A stretch of DNA of 63,559 nt, counting the filler, from Octopus bimaculoides (taxonomy: Eukaryota), in the NCBI RefSeq assembly GCF_001194135.2. It is 5 parts of 4 records of this genome, joined end to end, with 100 filler letters (N's around TTAATTAATTAA, not from the genome) between each part and the next. Parts side by side here need not be neighbours in the genome. Positions count along the whole stretch, not along the records: positions 1 to 30,702 come from NC_068982.1; positions 30,803 to 41,587 come from NC_068982.1; 3 more parts are not named here. The stretch is one strand, 5' to 3'. The notes beneath the pieces were generated by a model. The model saw only the letters and a program-made list of their open reading frames with translations, made no database searches and had not been told where the DNA came from. Made by a program: the position numbers and the translations under genes. Positions 25,780-37,992 of the stretch are shown one piece after another. Every line of letters starts with the position of its first letter. Positions within the stretch are counted from its first letter, which is position 1.

Positions 25780-25877
25780 TTCCTAATGGTGACTGGTTCA
25801 ACTACAATAAAACCTGGTGGGAATGGTCTAAAGGAAGACCAAATGTTCTCTGGGTGACATATGAAGACGCGAAATTG
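25780..25877 (+). CDS. Sulfotransferase coding exon
   Basis: Acceptor ttttctttcAG, donor GTaagt, 98 nt. Frame joins the previous exon: (V)PNGDWFNYNKTWWEWSKGRPNVLWVTYEDAKL, the typical G-W...W...VL-YED-K segment of SULTs. Confidence 0.95.
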
Positions 25878-26538
25878 GTAAGTAACTTAGCTTTGGCCCT
25901 TTAATTCAAATTTTATCTCGTCTTTATCTGGTACACTTACGCATACACTTCGCGCATTCGCACACATAATCCACTTTTCATAATTGGTTCCGAACCTCTG
26001 ACAGAGAGACTGCAACATTTTATTATTATATCACAAAAGCTAATTTGAAAATCATTGCTCACTGTTGAATATTTTTATGATTCGCTGCAATACAAACAAA
26101 TCCATATCATAAGAATTCAAGCTGTCCACCTGTCATCCAAGGCAGATAACTGTGAGACATAATACACAAGTTACTTCCTTGTTACTTTAGAAAAATCTTT
26201 TATGTCTATATTTTGACATTTGTTTCTGCTAAATAAATTTTGCGATACATTAAGGTCAACATCGATTTCCTACTCATGTTTATAGCACAGAATAATCCGT
26301 ACGTATGTCAAAAGATACATAAAGGTTGTAGTTATGAACTGCCGAATCCAACAAACCCACAATCACAATTTCTACAGTTTAGTGGAGACACATATGGTAC
26401 ATGGTCTCTGCGGAGCAAATAATCCAGATTCCTTTTGCATGATGGGTGGTTAGTATAGCAAAAAGTGTTTAAGAGAGTATAAACAATAAATAGTACAATA
26501 TCGTCGCTAGATTCCTAAGGAGTCAGGTCGTACTGTTT

Positions 26539-26584
<46 letters not shown>

Positions 26585-26631
26585 TGTTTTTGTCTTCTGT
26601 GCGAAATAATAATTGTTTTCTTTTAAAACAG

Positions 26632-26797
26632 GACTTGAAATCAGTGACTAAGAAAATAGCAAAGTTCCTTGAAATTCCAGCTTCCGATGAATTGTGCCAG
26701 GCCATTGCTCATGAATGTAGCTTTAAAAAGATGAAAGCGGAGAAGCACAACTTGCTACCTTTCGAGTTACGTGGTGACATGTCATTTTATAGGAAAG
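26632..26797 (+). CDS. Sulfotransferase coding exon
   Basis: Acceptor ttttcttttaaaacAG, donor GTaatc, 166 nt, phase 0 to phase 1. DLKSVTKKIAKFLEIPASDELCQAIAHECSFKKMKAEKHNLLPFELRGDMSFYRK(G) contains the conserved I-FL, SF-MK and F-RKG motifs. Confidence 0.95.
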
Positions 26798-27774
26798 GTA
26801 ATCATTTTGAAATCTGTTATTCTTTAAATAGTGAATTTGTACGAAGGAAATATCTCAGTTAAAGATTTCTCACCTGATTTTGAAATAGAGACTCCGCTTC
26901 TTAAATACTGAATCTTGGAAGGAAACCGACAAAATGGCAACGGCTACGAATAGTGATCTAATGCATTTTTTGGAAATTTTAATTATTTCTTTGCAAGTCA
27001 GAGATATGCTCCCGGGCACTAAACTGGATAGATACGAAGTAAAGTTAAGTCCTCCTTTCGGTCGGTCGACCAGCTAAAAAAATAACCAAATCGCAATTAA
27101 ACAAAATGAAAACAAAAATTCATAAAGGATAGCTTGACCTTAGATACACCATGCATGGGGAAAATATGGTGGCCTACGGTCAGATGTGGAAGCACTTCAT
27201 GCAAACAAAACGTTTTTCCAAAATTTTGACCTCTCACTTTTAAAATCAGCTTTAAAAAAAGATAAAAGGACACATTGGATACTGTAGTCCTGGATATAAT
27301 ATGTAAATAAAGGATGGGCTAGCCGCTGTTAGAATATCTTGAAGCATAGGTTTGCCTGATCAAATCTGCCCAGAGATAAATAACATGCGAAAGTCATTGG
27401 GGAACTTTATCCGTGGTCGTTTGACTTGCTACAAATAGTGAACCGAGAATGTGGTATAGATATGTGTCCAAGGTACTACGTGATTTATTCTTAGCATCGA
27501 AACCTCATAGCAAATTTTTGCACCACACTTTGCACCATTATTGATAACAGGATAAATAAACAAATCAAATATAGTATAAAGAAAAATAATCAGTCGTTCT
27601 ATTTTTTTTTAATACTATTTTAAATAGAATATACACAACGATAAATGGATCAGATTATTCAATTGTTTGCTTGTTTTTTGTTATTTTTGGTTTGTCTATT
27701 TCGAGTTTTAAACCTAGCATGACGTTTTCCAATTATTTTTCTCTTTTGATTTTTTTTAAAATTAATTTTTTCAG

Positions 27775-27887
27775 GTCAAGTTGGAGATTGGAAAAACTGG
27801 TTCACTGTGGCTCAGAACGAAGATTTTGACCGGATATGGGACGAAAAAATGAAAGACTGTGATCTCCCAGTCCAATTCACAATTTAA
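27775..27887 (+). CDS. Sulfotransferase last coding exon
   Basis: Acceptor ttttttcAG. (G)[36 protein letters not shown] completes RKGxxGDWK (PAPS binding) and KxxxTVxxxE (dimerisation motif). TAA at 27885-27887. Confidence 0.95.
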
Positions 27888-28152
27888 AAGATGAAATTTA
27901 AAGATATTGTAGAACGACTGACATATGTTTTAATTACCATTACTCTAATTGTGGAGGTATTGTTTGAACTATAGCATTTGGATATGGTATATATATTTAT
28001 ATATATTAGTGTGATCCTATGTATAGGTGACAACATTGACAACAAAAAATTTTTCCCAAGTATTTAACATGATAAGAATTATCTAAAAAATGCGATTACA
28101 AAAGTAAGGATTATAATTTTGAGACAGTTGCAATAATAATAAGGATGATGAT

Positions 28153-28158
28153 AATAAA
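28153..28158 (+). promoter_or_regulatory. Candidate polyadenylation signal of the sulfotransferase gene
   Basis: AATAAA about 265 nt after the stop codon. The region is AT-rich, so a chance match is likely. Confidence 0.25.
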
Positions 28159-28347
28159 GATTTGTAATAATAGCAGCAGCAGAAGCAACAACAACAACAA
28201 CTACTATTACTACAACAATGATAATAAGCCTTTATGGGCCACGAGGACAATATTAAATATTAAACGTGTTATACAATATTAAACTTTATAATACAAACGC
28301 AGTTACAAAATGTGAAGGGATGTACATGCAAACAAATGAACAAACAC

Positions 28348-28386
<39 letters not shown>

Positions 28387-29616
28387 CATACATACATACA
28401 TACATACATACATACATACATACATACATACAGAGTAGGGTGAAAGTAATACAATATATTAAGATATGTGAAGATTTCTTATTGCAAAATTGTACAAATA
28501 AATACAAATGAGAGCAAAGCATACACACACATAGAGACACACGAGGAAAAAGTATCCACCTAGTTAGAATTAGATTGCATGAGTCTAGACACTTTCTGAA
28601 AACTGGGTTCTCCAAAATTATCTCTGAGCATTTTCGGTCTAAACCAAAACGTGAAGAGACCCACAGCTTTGCCTTTGGGAGCTGCGCTACCAGTCTTGTC
28701 ATCAGCATTGTAGTTTACGGGATTCAATGTGACCGGCATATTTATGAAGACCACACTGACCCACATGCTAACTCGTGTTACTTTCGTGCTTGCCTTGTAC
28801 TGTGCCGCAAAGATGACAAAAAGCCAAATGTCAACGTCTCTACAAATGTATTTGACTGTGACTCTTGTATAACTTCTTCCCATTTATTACAGTGCCATCT
28901 TTTGGAATGTGTGAAGCGAGCTATCTTTTGTTTTTGCCTTCATTCTCAGTCTTATGGAACTGGCATATACTTCCATACGCTATAGTCTGGCCGATGGAGT
29001 ACATCTTGCTACACATCAATCCGGTTCTCTTTTCACTGTTTCTTTGAAGGTATATGGAAACCCATCCATTTTTCGAAACATGGGAGTGCGCTACTTTCTT
29101 CTTCGGGCAAGGAAGCACTAGCATTTGTAACATACCTCGCCCATATTGGCATTTTTCCGGAGCTGATCTGTGACACACGTTTGCCAAACAAGCAAAACAT
29201 GTGATGCTGTTGTTATTGTCATTGTAAATGTTTATGCTTCTGTCATTTATGTTTGTAAATGTATGAATGTCTGTGTTTACAAACATAGATGCCTGAATAA
29301 TTGTCATATTTTAAAATCTGATGTCTTCTTACAAAATTGTCAAAATATTTTTCAAAATTTCGCTGGGGTTTATTTGCCACTATATCAATCGTTGTTAGAG
29401 CATCCTTCTCTTCCCCCAGGGCTGGGTACCTTGCACCATATTTTGTTCTCTCCAGGATAATGTACTTGATGCTCAAACATCTTAAAGCCTTTCTCCTGGT
29501 AAAAAAAAAAGAAGAAAAGAAATAATTAAATATACTTACTTTTTCATCTGAAGCTCGTAATATATGTCCGTTCAGCGATAACAACAACAACAATAATAAT
29601 AACAATGATGATGATG

Positions 29617-29683
<67 letters not shown>

Positions 29684-29706
29684 TAATAATAATAACAATA
29701 ATAATA

Positions 29707-30126
29707 ATGTCTCCGTTGTGCCGAATCTGCAATAGAGCTGACGAATTTGACAAAGCAAATCACATATGCACTATAATTGATGTTGCGTGTCCATTTGACC
29801 CACGAATAGTCAAGAAGAAAGGCAAAAGGCTAGACATATACAATCCTCTTAAATACAAGATAGCTCGACGGTTGAAAATGAAGAAGGTGAACACAATGCT
29901 AATTATTGTTGGGCCCTTTGGGACAGTATCAGAAGGTATCAAGAGAAATATAAAAGAAATGGGAATAGAATGCCCAGTTAAGCTGTTGCAAAAGGTTTCC
30001 ATCATTGGCACGGCCAAAATCATCACGAAAATATTTGATAGCTCAAAAGAACAGATAGCAAGGTACCGTAGGCTGAAGACAGCAGGTCGGCTACGTATGC
30101 AAAAATCCAGGAGTTAAAACATGAGT

Positions 30127-30127
<1 letters not shown>
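29707..30127 (+). mobile_element. 3' portion of an R4/Dong-like LINE (second subfamily), flanked by (TAA)n
   Basis: MSPLCRICNRADE-FDKANHICTIIDVACPFDPRI...KY...IIVGPFGTVS...LQKVSIIGTAKII is a REL endonuclease C-terminus. (ATA)n lies on both sides (about 29620-29706 and 30128-30191). Confidence 0.85.
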
Positions 30128-30192
<65 letters not shown>

Positions 30193-30669
30193 TGCATTAT
30201 TAAGGGTGGATCTGATTCAACCGCCAGCCGATAATACGGAAAATGCTGTTATCAATGATTGGAAATAGATAATTTTTTTTTTATTTAGTCAGCAAGAAAA
30301 AGGAAAAACAAAATGAACAACATTTTTATTTAAGGGAGACCCTTTCTAAACAAATATTCTTTTAAAGAAAAATTTTCTATTCAGCAATCAGCCGAAAAAT
30401 ATATTTAAATGACAATTTCTTATTTAATAATCACCCAGACAATTAAAACAAAATACAGGACAGTAAGTTTACTATTCAACAACAAATCGAATATATTTTT
30501 GAAAGAAAATGTGGATTGGCCATAACTGTCCATCATTCAATATTAAACGTTTTGCAACAATGGTTGTAAGACTTGTGAGGATATAAATATTCATACATAC
30601 TTACATAGGTACATACATACATACATACATACATACATACATACATACATACATACATGCATGTGTGTA

Positions 30670-30702
<33 letters not shown>

Positions 30703-30802
30703 NNNNNNNNNNNNNNNNNNNNNNNNNNNNNNNNNNNNNNNNNNNNTTAATTAATTAANNNNNNNNNNNNNNNNNNNNNNNNNNNNNNNNNNNNNNNNNN
30801 NN
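30703..30802. other. Assembly gap marker 44N-TTAATTAATTAA-44N (also 41588-41687, 50597-50696, 61629-61728)
   Basis: Identical 100-bp structure four times. The linker has stop codons in all six frames, so it is artificial. Confidence 0.95.
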
Positions 30803-30870
<68 letters not shown>

Positions 30871-31033
30871 CATTTCTTTTATTAGCCACACAGGGCTCAA
30901 CAAAGATTGCACAAATACAATGTAGAGCTTTTCTTTTTGGGAGGGGGAAGGAGAAAAAAATAGGGGTGTGTCGATCAAAAGGGATCGTAGGAAGGGAAAA
31001 AGGGGGGAGTTCGATCAAAAGGGGTCGAGAAAA

Positions 31034-31082
<49 letters not shown>

Positions 31083-32938
31083 GAGCTATGTATATTGATG
31101 TTGGTAATATATGTTCGTGTAAGTGTGTCTGGAACTTTAATATATCTTTATATATTTACGAATATTTTCCTATGTGTGATTGGGGGAGATAAGTGAGTGG
31201 TAGTGCATTTGGGATATTGCGAGCTTCCTAGAGTACAATCATCACCTCCATCATCATCATCATCATTATTATCATTAACAATAACAACAACAACAACAAT
31301 AGTAATAATAATAATAATATTTTAGTTTCGTTGTTATGTTTATAGTTTGGAAAATATCTCAACGTTTTCTCTTTGTTTATTTGTTTATATACACGTGTGT
31401 ATGTGTGTATATGCATGTGGGCGAATAAACATTTGCATTTTCTGTATATGTGTGTGTAAATATACTTTTATAATATATTAAAACGGAAGGCAGATATCAA
31501 TAGGCCTATTTTGAAGTGTTTTATTTCATTATAATCTGAACATTAAGTATTTATTCTTTGCTGTTTCTTCACTTTTCTTCATTTTTTTTTTGTTTTTATT
31601 AGGTATTTGTTTGTTTATCTTGTTCGAATTCTTAACTTTGAAGACGATATTTATCGATTTTTATTCGCCATTCCATACCTAACTGCTTATGTTAATATCG
31701 TCATTTCAATATCATATTTCCTCCCGTTTACATGTTTCGTTCATACTCATAGCCTTTGCAGCCCTTTTACTATATAACTAGCAGTTTTGTCAAGGCAAAT
31801 TCTATGTTTATCACTTATTAAAACGAATATGCTTATTGCTGTTGTGTTCCTTTTTGTTGTTACTCTTCTTTGTCTTGTTATCTCAGCCAGTATCAGAACT
31901 GGTGAGCCACTATTATATACGCCAATGTTACACATGTTTGTTCTTCTTACTTTTTCTTGTATCTTGAGCCATATAAAATGTGGAAACATATCTCTAGTTC
32001 CTTCAAAATCTTCGTGTATGTTGCTACAGAATATAACGATTGCTTCTAGAACTTAGGTATGATGCAACTTACCCTCTTATTGTGAGGGGCTTTTTGACAT
32101 TAAAGTGTTTGTAACAGATGTTTTTGAGGTTTTTACCCCAGTTCAATCCTGATCGAGTAGAGCTATAATCCCAAAACTTCCATCTATGAAAAACACATTT
32201 GTTATCAGATATATAATCTAGAGTAGCGCTTAATACAAGCTTTCCTTTTTACAGATTAGACACTCCTTTCTACTAAGTTGAGTGACGAGTAAATAGTCTC
32301 TAGGTGGCTCACATATTTGTGTATACACACGTACACATACGTACACACACACAAATATATGAATGTATATGAGCATGCATACATATACATTTATATATAC
32401 ATACATATGAATTCACTCACACATATACGTGTGTGTGTGTGTTAGCACGCGCCCATGCTTCACATGCATAAACTTGTCTTCGTTTGACCCAAGGTATTTG
32501 ACCACCTCTTCAGATACACCATGCATCGTATCTTCTAACTTAATTTGTTATTTTGATTTTAAATTGGCATGAAGTTGAGAAAGAATGTGGATATCATCCC
32601 CTGAATTGTTAGTTGGTATGAGACACAGTAGTGCAGAGCAACATATATCTTCACAAGACATATAAATATGGAAATCTTAGATTAATGGTTTTCATAAACC
32701 TGAAATATTGGAATATGATTGGTTATTAATGAAACGATATTGAAGAGTGGTGTGAACAATTTATCTCGCAAATAGTTGGTAAAAAAGGCGAGTTCCCAAA
32801 TTACAGTTTAGTTAGTTTAAGATATATGTATGTGGTCACAGAGTAGTTGGTTAACTCGAATGATATTATTCTGTAAACTGGTAAAGCAAAACTAATTGAA
32901 TAGTTGTATGTATATCTATATATACGTGTGTCAGTACT

Positions 32939-32969
<31 letters not shown>

Positions 32970-32970
32970 A

Positions 32971-33160
32971 GTGAGAATTTACAAAAAAATCAAAAGAAGA
33001 ATGCGGGTGTGTAAACAACAAACAGATGTATTAGTTTAACACTCGGGAAGTGAAAGTGAGAAAGTCTTTTATGCCTCGAGCCTACGCTCTTTGACAGAAA
33101 GGAACACAAAAATAATAAGGACAGAAAATAGAAAAAGGCAAAGTGGCTAATGATCTATAT
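32971..33160 (-). mobile_element. Second copy of the 10150-10330 repeat family
   Basis: Direct sequence similarity to 10150-10330. The hammerhead-like part (33065-33102) is more decayed. Confidence 0.5.
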
Positions 33161-33483
33161 TAGAAAAAAAGCATATAACGTTAACTGAAGAAATTATCCT
33201 TTTTAGCTTACATGTTTCTTAATCCTTTCTCAGAAGAGAAGTTACGATGACTTCAAGGTTTCTGATTGTTACTCTAATGCATTCAGACTTCTTAGCAGCA
33301 ACTGAGAGTAATGACAAACCTTGTATCCGCGGTGGTTAGAACAGAATTAGTGTGGATATTGGAGCGTCAATTTTCTTGATGGACAAATATTGTAGTAGAT
33401 ATTATTATACCGGCATATGGTAATACTTCGCTAATTAAAAAGGCATTACATATTTATTATTCACTTCAGCTGTATTATTATTA

Positions 33484-33634
33484 TTATTATTATTTTAGTT
33501 CCTTTGTCAATGTTCTTTGTCAAACGTCTTTCCTCACACATCCTGTGACGTCTTCAGCGACTTCAAAGAGACGTTGAAGATGTCATAGAGTATGTGATGA
33601 AAGAACTTTGACAACGAAACTAAAATGATAATAA
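33484..33634. mobile_element. 151-bp foldback (palindromic MITE-like element)
   Basis: Arms pair over about 60 bp around a 12-nt loop (33560-33571). The left arm has a ~12-nt duplication; the ends merge into TTA/TAA repeats. Confidence 0.7.
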
Positions 33635-33750
33635 AGCTGAAATAAAAACCAAATATATAGTACAGGTGTTTAATTGGCAAAATGTGGCCATCCACAAGTA
33701 TAACAATATCTGTTTTAACACCCAATTTCACATCAAATATCTTGGCTAAC

Positions 33751-34008
33751 GAAGTAGAATTTGTTGTATGCTGTCAACTTAATGTAACAGCCCCCTGAAG
33801 GGAATAATACTACTGTTGGTTAGAACTATGAAGCTACACCGCTTCCTGTCGGCCTTGACACATTTCCTGTGTCCTTATGTTTACAACGGAGGTACAAGCA
33901 CCTCCACCCAGCTAAGCCTGCACTCAGAGACATGTTTCTGAGTCTTTCCTCGTCATCAGTCTCGAGTTGTATGCTGTCAACATTAAGTTCACAGCATACA
34001 ACTACTTC
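33751..34008. mobile_element. 258-bp element bounded by ~40-bp imperfect inverted repeats
   Basis: Left GAAGTAG(aatttg)TTGTATGCTGTCAACTTAATGTAACAGC versus reverse complement of the right end GAAGTAGTTGTATGCTGTGAACTTAATGTTGACAGC. No clear target-site duplication. Confidence 0.55.
33922..33967 (-). ncRNA. Minimal type I hammerhead ribozyme-like motif
   Basis: Minus strand ACTC-G-AGA CTGATGA C-GAG-GAAAGA-CTC-A GAA AC-AT-GT C TCT-GAGT. Intact CUGAUGA and GAAA core, GUC cleavage triplet, 7-bp stem I with one bulge, palindromic stem III (ACAUGU). The closing pair of stem II is mismatched (C.A). Confidence 0.55.
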
Positions 34009-35727
34009 ATCGTATCAATACAAGATAAATCTCTCTGATAGATTTAGAAAGTATTATATCTAAAAGACGTAGCATTTGTTTTGAATCCAACGGAAGTTAT
34101 TTTCTCCTTTTCTTTTTTTTTTCTTTCCTTACTTACTGGGTCTTGTGGGAGAGGCTGTAACTGTGATACCTGCGAGATTTCCTAGACAAATGAGATTCAT
34201 ACTATGTCCTGATACTCTGTAATTAAAATCTGCAGTAAATTCCTGACCATGGAATGAAACGGAGGGGAACAACGTCCTATTCAGGATAGATATGGTGTAT
34301 ATTTTAGTGCAGGGTCTGAAAGTAAATGAGAAAGATAAGATGATGAGAAATGAGTGGGGCACCGCAAGTCCTAACAGCTTCAATGAGAAGATGATTCCAT
34401 AGTAGTTGTAGGAAAAATAACAGAGAGAATAGAATAGAGAGAGACATATGTAACGGATATGCTGGTGTCTCTCCGTGAGTGACGTTATGTCAATCAGTTA
34501 GGTCATCGTAATCTCGATACGGTTTTGGAAATATGTGTGCTGTAGCAGCACCACACTCGATGCAAATTGCTTCTTATTATAAGCAACTTGAATGCAGTAG
34601 TCCTAGGGAATCACATCTAATAAATATGGATACGGTTATCTTTCGGTGATGTATAATTAGAGAAGGCTATAAAATGGGAAAAGCGATAAACTTGTCCCTT
34701 CGAACAATAAATGTTGGTAAAATAGTTACATCTTTTTTTCTCGCTCTGTCAGTAACATAAATGAAAAGTAACAATGATTAAATTATTACAGACTTGTGAC
34801 TAACTACACTAAACTTCAAAATTACGTAGTTATAAAATATAACAAGTTGAGTTTTGTGTGTGTGTGTATAACGGAGTACAATAAGAAAAAATGAAAATGA
34901 AGTGTCTAAAATAAGTAGGAAGGTCTTCGAAGTCAACGAGAAATCTCCCACATTGATATCAGTCTATCTCCGAGGAATTTCAAATAGATATCTCTGAAAG
35001 TATCACCAACGTGTCTTAGAAGGATTGAACAGTCCAATTAATTGTGAAGTTGCGAAATATTCAAATGAGGTGGTTACTACTGAAAAAGTTTGATCATAAG
35101 TTTCGTTTATCAGGGTTGACGACCTGAAGCCAAGCAATAACAGAGCATATTAAACATGACATAATTGAGATATATATCACACTTAAAAAGACGGAGATAA
35201 TTAATTACTCAAGTGAAATCCTTACATAACAAGAAAGATAATGTGCTACGTTGCGTATTTTATAATGCATAGCAGTTACTGCAAAGCTGGAATAATTAAG
35301 ATAGAAGATTAATCATTGAAAGCAGAATGCAAAAGGTGATATTAGGAAAACCAAAAGAAAATTTGACGAGAAAACAAGTGTACATAGTGTGATTAGGCGG
35401 ATGGATGCATTTCGGGTTGCAAGCAAATTTTAGCGAACGATCAGTGATTTTATCAAAAAGTGTTCTCCTGAAACAGCGAGATACCACATTCTAAGTGGGG
35501 AGGTTAAAATTTACAAGAGTCCGGCGACAAAAAGAGCTATAGAGAGTTAACAAATGCTTCTGTATATATTTTAGAAAATCATTGTTTTGTTGTTTAGATA
35601 TGAACATGAATTGCATTCAGCGTTACATTGAACCGCTTCTTAGCTACAATCAACAATGATATGAACAATTTGAGAAACATCATCAATAAAAATTGACTTT
35701 CAAATGTGTATAAAGAATCGAAAAAAA

Positions 35728-35765
<38 letters not shown>

Positions 35766-36229
35766 TGCATACATCTAAATTATAGACAATAAACACAATT
35801 GCTATTTAAAAGTCATTGTTGAAACTTGTTAGCATTTCCATACGTGTAATACAGGCAGCCACTACACTTCATATTTAGGTAACGCACTGTCTTGTTTGTG
35901 CTTATATATGCGTATGTATATGAAGGCTGTTGAAATTTGATGAATCGTAGAAATAGGGCCGCTGGTAAAGTGTTAGTAAATAAAAGTGTGTGATAATTCA
36001 GAAATTTGAATAAAACGTAGCTCAGTCTTTCAGTTAAACATATTGGCCTAAGTTTTTGTTAAATGAAATTACACTCAAATATTTATGCAGACACACATAA
36101 ACATCGGCATATATATATTATACTAATATTTAATCTTGAACAGAATCTTGGACAGCAGTGTCTAACACATCTATGTGTTTGACGCCTGACAATAGTCGTG
36201 TATGTATATGCGAACAAAGATCTTCCTCC

Positions 36230-36720
36230 CACGGGATGTTGCATAACGTCTCTAGATTCTACAGAAGCTTCTTTGGAATATGTACATAGAGAAGGCACTA
36301 GAATGAACAGTTTTTAACGAAACGAGCGCGTGGGTCTGAATTGATTCGAAAGGTGGATTTTACTGTGACCACTGAACAGCAATTGCTGTACATTGTGGTA
36401 ATCCAGCTATGGAGGAGGGGACTGAAACATGTTTCTGTGATGAGAAGGAATTGTGCATTGCTGATAGTCAGCCCTATTGAAGTTTTTCAATTGACCTAAG
36501 TTCATCAGGTTCCAGCAATGTCGCGTTCTTTTACCCTCACTGTCTATGATTTATTGCACGAAGTGGAGATGCACGAGAATAGATCAATATAGAATGGTAT
36601 ATTGATGCTGCTAGGTCATTGATGACGAGCGTCAAATTGTTCGCTGACTATTTGGACAAAAGTCTTCAATGTGGTCCTTTTTTTTTTGTCCATTCGCAGC
36701 ACTGATATTGCTCCTCACCA
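36230..36720 (-). mobile_element. Decayed Tx1/L1-clade reverse-transcriptase fragment
   Basis: LGQLKNFNRADYQ (resembles LDQ-KAFDRVDH), then FSPLLHSWITTMYSNCCSVVTV...RARFVKNC (resembles FGP-F--WI--LY...RSVRQGCP). Confidence 0.4.
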
Positions 36721-37941
36721 CATAGAAATGCTGCTATTGGTTGTTAAAACGTACAGAACAGTTGCAGAACGAGTCACGTGAACGAAGACTTTAAGACATC
36801 CATCACGATCGTGCAATTTTCTGATAAGTATTTCATCCAGCATGCTAACGATTTTGCTTTTCTTACTTCCTCATCACTACATCTGCAATTTACCCTGCTT
36901 ATGGTCCCATGCGCATGGCTCAAGCGAACGTCAGCAACATTGACAACAATAATAAGCAATCGGTCATACAAACATAAACATGTTACCTACATACAAATTA
37001 CATAAACCCAGATTAACATACCTTATTTGAAGTATACACACCTTACGTAAATATAATTTATTTCAGGTGTATTTCACGGCAGGAGGTGCAGATGAGAGCA
37101 GCTGCATCAATTTCTCTCATGCACCAAATGTCAATTCCTGAAGTAAATTCCGTGAAGTAAAATTGTGTAGCAACACCAAATGGCGGTGCCCCAGCATGGC
37201 CACAGCTCATGAGCTGAAACTGGATAAAATGAAAATGAAAAAATGAAAATGTATATATCTGATGTAAATTCATCTTGTTTGTGGTATATATGACTAAGAC
37301 GAATTTATTGTTATATACCATTTATTTAATGTTTATTCAAATTATGGAGGCCAATAATCATTCATGTGCTGTTTTCTATATGTAACTCCATTGAAAGCGA
37401 GCTGCAGCCATTGTCAGACTCTCGTATACAGATGTGTTGTAATTGACTGAAATATGTCCATCATTATTCCTTGTTTGCAAGCAATTATGAGACTTTTCTT
37501 TCCATACTCATGGAAATTAACTTTGATTGAAAGATTCTATTACTGATTTCTTAAAATTCGCCGTCATTTTCTTTGACAGTTGCTAGGTTTTCTTTCGTTT
37601 CTCTAGGAGAATATCAATTAATTATTAATTTCTTGCGTACCGTATTCTGCAGCATTCAATTATCTAAATTCAATCCTTTGGTCAATTTTAGTTATTTCCC
37701 TTGGTTCAATTTATCTTAAATTTGCGAATTACAATTGTCATAATTATTTGTAAAGATATTTGTGCACAAAATTTTCGTCAACTGCACAACTGGTTTAGTT
37801 ACACTTTCCTATGCTGTTAATATCTTATAAACAGAAACTTATTTATACATATGACTTGTCTACGAGCCAAGATGTATTTTTCTAGCCGATAAATATGTAA
37901 GTTAAATTCAAGGGAATGACATTCTAAATTATCACTGATGT

Positions 37942-37992
<51 letters not shown>

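Noticed and set aside
28560-28883. GPCR TM6-like exon (ASTKVTRVSMWVSVVF)
   Set aside because: Only a short resemblance, with no other TM helices, in-frame stops upstream and no clear splice sites. Kept only as an unexplained block in the findings.
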